From assembly GCA_051294375.1 (NCBI GenBank), contig CM119269.1, forward strand, positions 23,293,497 through 23,357,496: a DNA stretch of 64,000 nucleotides. The letters run 5' to 3'. The notes under the pieces are model-generated. The model ran no database searches. It was given only the letters and a program-made list of their open reading frames with translations, and was not told the DNA's origin. Within the stretch, counting starts at the first letter, position 1. Every line of letters starts with the position of its first letter. Below, piece after piece: positions 59,511 to 64,000 of this stretch. The position numbers and the translations under genes are program-made. This DNA is from Paraspadella gotoi (taxonomy: Eukaryota; Animalia; Chaetognatha).

Positions 59511-62500
59511 CTTTTAGTCACGATTGAATGAAAAAATTAGATAAGAAAAGGAAATGAATTTTTTTTCAAAAAGATAATGAAATCACGAAATTGTCAAAAT
59601 TTTCTCGTCAACATTGAAATTTAAAGTCAAGGTAAAGATTCTAAGCCTTTTTTTGTAAAAAAAGAAAATTGGCTCTCTTTTTCAAAAACGTTACATTTCA
59701 ATTTCTCTATTCGATTTATCCATAATTTTTAAACTTAATTAATTACCAAACCAAAAACTTTTAATACTTAATCTTTATATCATATATTCTAACCCTAAAC
59801 TAAAAAAATAACTTAATTACGATTGGGGGTTCAGTAAAATATAGCTAAAAAGTGACAGTAAGTGATAAACAATAAACTGGTCACAAAATAACAAAACCAA
59901 ATACTATTATCATTCAATATTTGTGTCTTCCCTAAGAGGGTACAGGTACAACCGTGAGGTGAGGTAACCGCCAACCGATGAATATCCTACCCATTGCTTT
60001 GAAAACAATATCAGGGGATCAAAACCTCTCTATCTATCCCTCTCTGCTCTTTCTTTCTCCCTCTCTCACTCCTCTCCCTCTCTCACTCCATCTCCAAACA
60101 GCCGTCTCAAGGCAGCCAAAGCCGGCAAGGACATCCCAACATTGCCAGGCTCGTCTCCGCAGATCCTTTTCGATCCGACGCCGTCCCGCTACCACGCCTC
60201 CCACGATTCGCCCAGATCGAAGAGCGTCGACAAAAGAGCAGACGATTTTGAATTCAGCGACGAATTTGAAGTTTGAGAAAAACCGGAAGCCAGAATAAGA
60301 GCGAGTATGAGACGATTAGCGAAGAACAAGGCAATGCTGTCATAAAAAGAAATAGGATAGATTATTTATTAAATGAATGGTTATTTTTTATGTATTGGTT
60401 GTACCAATTTTATAAAATTGATAAGAGTGTGGAGTACAATATATTATACGACTTCATTGAAAGAAAGACTATAAGTCTGGGAGTGAATAAACGAGACTGT
60501 GAGTCTTGATTGAAAGCATGAAGGACCTGCTATGTCATTATCTTGTAAGAGTGATTGAAGCCCAAATTTTATATTGGTTGTACCTATTTCACTATGCAAT
60601 GTTGTTATGGAAAAGAAAAAAATAATAATATCAAGTTCAGTTGCACCGCAGAGACTTTTTTCATAGACCAATTTCCCAATGATCACGTGACCCCATTAGG
60701 ATGAAACATCTTGTGTTCATTTACTTGTAAAGCATTAAATTAACTATTCTTAAACAAAATTTTGCTGAATTAACTTAATGATCCAAGGTTTGAGGTGGTT
60801 TCATAATTATACCTTCTTACCAAATACGAACTTAATTTATACATTATTATCGCCTAGTGATTAGCATTGAATATGTAAATGACACACAGACTGACTAACC
60901 AAAAACTGACCTATTGAGATGTTGCGCGAATACTCGGATTTTATTGCTGGAAATCTATTATTATTTTACCTATAGTTAACAAGCGAAGGAATCATGAGCG
61001 CGCGACGAAAGGAAATCGCTTCCGATGCAGAATTGGAAACAAATGAATCATCGGACGATCCTTGATTCTGCTGCTGCTCTACTTCTCCGGCTGTTGCTGC
61101 TGCTGCTGCTTCAGCTGATGATGATTATATCGGATTTTCTCCGGTTGAGTTCGCAGAGTGCAGAGAATAACAAAGCGAAGGCAGCTAGGATCGAACCCGG
61201 GACTAAGAAGGAAAGACCCCAGGATTCACGGACAAAAATAGCTGCAACGACGGAACCAAAGATGTGCCTGATTAGGGGAAAAGAGAAAGTTAATTAGCGT
61301 CTCTGCTCACTATCACTCTCTCACTCTCTTACGACGAGAGTGTGAGAGTCCACAACCCCATGATGAATCCTCTATTTGCCGGACCGAACCAGTGGCCATG
61401 ACTGCGACTACGGCTGGCCAACCATGGACTGGAACGCCCGCTGATTAATTGGACCGCGATGAAGTAATAGAACTTGAGGAAAGAAAAGAGATGGAAGGTA
61501 AGTAAAGTAAGGAAAGAAGAGTAGTGTTCTTTTTATAGATTAATTGATATGATATGAAATCGGTACTCCAATATAAATATTATCCATGATTTAATAAATA
61601 AGCTATCTTGCAAGACAAAAATTTATTAAGAGATTTATTAATACTATTAATTACTTAAGGGAGTAGTCTTTCATACGTTAAAACATTCTTTGAAATATTA
61701 TACATTTTATGATAGGGAAGCAAATACTCTGAAAGTGAATAAACAAGACCGCACGAAAGCCTATCAAAAGTCAGGGCAAGATTTATTTATTGAATGAATG
61801 GATAATTTTTATTATTAGTTGTACCAATTTCATAAATTAGATAATTCAAATTGATGTTCCTATTGAGAAGAAAGTAAGGAGTCTAACCCACCTCATGAAT
61901 TTCAGATAAATGCGGCACGAAGGCCACGGTGGAGAGACCCGATAAGAGCATCCCAGCGCGAGGAAGAGACGCAGGTCGGACCGTTCGGCCACTGACCAGA
62001 GATGAACATTGAGATGGCGTAAGAGAATAAGAAAGAGAAATCGAGAAGACCAGAGAGAGGAGAAGGATGAGGAGAAAGGGGCCCAACCTAAGTGGATATA
62101 AAAATTAATGCCTATTGACTTTTTATGTAGATGTATTAAACCCAATTGATATATTATCAATCAGATTAACATAACATATTAATAATAAGCATTAATATAT
62201 GCTCTTTATTAATATGCTAAATATGTCATATCAACTTTTTAATTTCTTTTTTGATTATCCAAATACAAAATATACATGCACACACGTCAAGCATCTGATG
62301 GTACATATATTTCCTTTAATTATTATTAAAAATTTTAAGTGTAAGCATTTAAAACGATAGACTGACCACCGAGGGACTCGCTAGTGGATGTCAGAAAAAA
62401 ATGACAGCAACCACTGCATTGAAATGACAGCAACCACCTGCATTGAAATGACAGCAACCACCTGCATTGAAATGACAGCAACCACCTGCATTGAAATGAC

Positions 62501-62888
62501 AGCAACCACCTGCATTGAAATGACAGCATCACCTACATTGAAATGACAGCAACCACCTGCATTGAATGACAGCAACCACTGCATTGAAATGACAGACCAC
62601 TGTATTGAAATGACAGCAACCACCTGCATTGAAATGACAGCACCACCTGCATTGAAATGACAGCAACCACTGCATTGCAAGAAACGTTCGCTTTAATCGG
62701 AATCTGCTGCGGGCAATCGTTGACGAGCACATTCTTGACTACAGACAGTGCTTGCGCAAGAGTGTAAGAGAGCGTAGATGAAGAAAGTAAGGATGAAGAC
62801 CGAAAGACGTTGAGAGTCACAATTGAGAAGAAGCTCTTGATTGGCGAGGGAGTAGATGACGGGGCCAATTGTTAATCAGGTTAATCAT
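58980..62888 (-). CDS. SLC37A2: SLC37A1/A2-like MFS sugar-phosphate exchanger, ~8 exons, reading frame broken by many 1-nt deletions as assembled
   Basis: Approximate exons 62888-62670, 62087-61892, 61472-61333, 61267-60970, 60336-~60100, ~59930-59850 (uncertain), 59355-59294, 59163-58980. Frame-corrected motifs: FILTFFIY..HSCRKPLSVVK, GWAPF, YAISMFISG..AERSDLR, GWPAVVAVMAHWFG..NRGFIMGLWNSH, WGLSFLVPG, AISFRRALMIP, SYSLLFWLP, LSTLFDLGGIVGGVVAG, ALATVSAIIDGSGSIGAA. Confidence 0.85.
62398..62677 (-). repeat. 24 bp tandem repeat (~12 copies) made of the SLC37 exon 1 end plus 5' splice site
   Basis: Minus-strand unit CAATGCAG|GTGGTTGCTGTCATTT; the phase-1 donor joins GT TGG GCC (G-W-A-P-F). Confidence 0.9.
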
Positions 62889-64000
62889 GTTTAAATGATA
62901 CTTTTCTGATCAGTATTTATTTCTTTCAGAAAAAAAATAATAATAATCAATTTCTATAAATGAAGTTATTAAAAAACTGAATAAGTAAAAAATCGAATGA
63001 ATAATTTGCTAGTTGCTTATTTAAGTAATTAACTCGTCTCATAGTAATAGTAAACATAAGACTCTTCACGAACTAATTATCTGATGATATTTATTAATTT
63101 TTATACAATGTATAATAATTCGAAGTAAACTCACCACAATTTTTCGCCTATTCCAAAAAGGTGGAAACTCTGAACAATATGACTAAGACGCAAATGCGAC
63201 CGTCGAACCAATTATTATCATTTTTTACTCTTTCTTTTTGTTAAAAAAATAATTCATGAATTTCAGTTTTCTTTTAATGGAAGAGAAAACTTTTACGCTA
63301 ACTTTCTTCTTAATCATAAATTATTACTAATGTCGTGTAGTGTGGTCCTTTATTACAAACAAGACCGAGTCGATTTCAAAGCGGAATATACAATTATACA
63401 AATATACAATTATACATCGGTTAAAATACTCAAAAAGATGAAAAAGGGTTTGATAGATAAAATCTGGATAATCGTTTTCGCAGTTTCGAGAAAAAACCAT
63501 CTGAAAGCGGACTAAGTACTTCTAAAATGACTAATTGCTACGAAGCTAATAATAATTTTTTTTAAGAATATTCACAATATGATAAGTCACAACCAATAAA
63601 AAAGAATGAGACACAATATGTAATGATTTGTTATTAATGAATTCACCTTTAAAATCATAAGCACAATTTTTTTTCAAATATTAAACAAAGAATATAACCT
63701 AAAAATGAAATAAACGCATTAAAAATGATAAGGATTAATAACATTGCTAATTAACTTACAACACTGTTTTTTTCATCTAATTTGCAGCACAGAAATATTT
63801 TTTTCTTATAAATCCTAGAATATAGCCAATAATTTTTAAAATGGTATTAGTTATAAGCAATTCCTAAATAAAAATTGAGCCCCATTTCTGGCTCTCTTTT
63901 CTCAGAGCGTCCATTTCTGCTTCTTTCCCCCCCCCCAACTGCTCCCTGCAATAGCTTCAGGCTTCAACAGCAACGCTAATGCAATGTCCACATTTGGGAC

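Noticed and set aside
58983-60276. Plus-strand C-terminal exons of HDC
   Set aside because: These segments are SLC37 exons on the minus strand (ALATVSAIIDG, LFDLGG). The plus-strand frames are shadows.
60970-62870. In-frame TAA/TGA suggesting stop-codon reassignment
   Set aside because: The stops lie in antisense shadow frames. The real genes use standard stops.

Overview
AT-rich, microsatellite-dense animal nuclear DNA with several N gaps. Most ORFs in the supplied track are microsatellite artefacts. Manual splicing gives five intron-containing genes. Three are consecutive on the minus strand: a coiled-coil protein running off the left edge (1-12183), profilin-4 (13971-22844) and a TEX45/SAXO5-like protein (23416-29665). 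Histidine decarboxylase is on the plus strand (47460-~56062) and a convergent SLC37A1/2-like sugar-phosphate exchanger is on the minus strand (58980-62888). The most striking pattern is that every gene carries a tandem array whose unit is one of its own exon-intron junctions (exon end + GT donor, or pyrimidine tract + AG + exon start), giving 8-14 near-identical competing splice sites. There are five clear arrays and one decayed one. Also present: a MITE-like family filled with degenerate TTAGGG repeats, DINE-1/HINE-like elements, a TA-flanked MITE, and a tRNA-Gly-like repeat with an insertion in its palindrome. From about 55.1 kb onward, coding exons contain many single-base deletions, most likely long-read consensus error. 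The segment 17.9-21.7 kb looks like an error-rich false duplication. All family assignments come from recalled motifs, not database searches.
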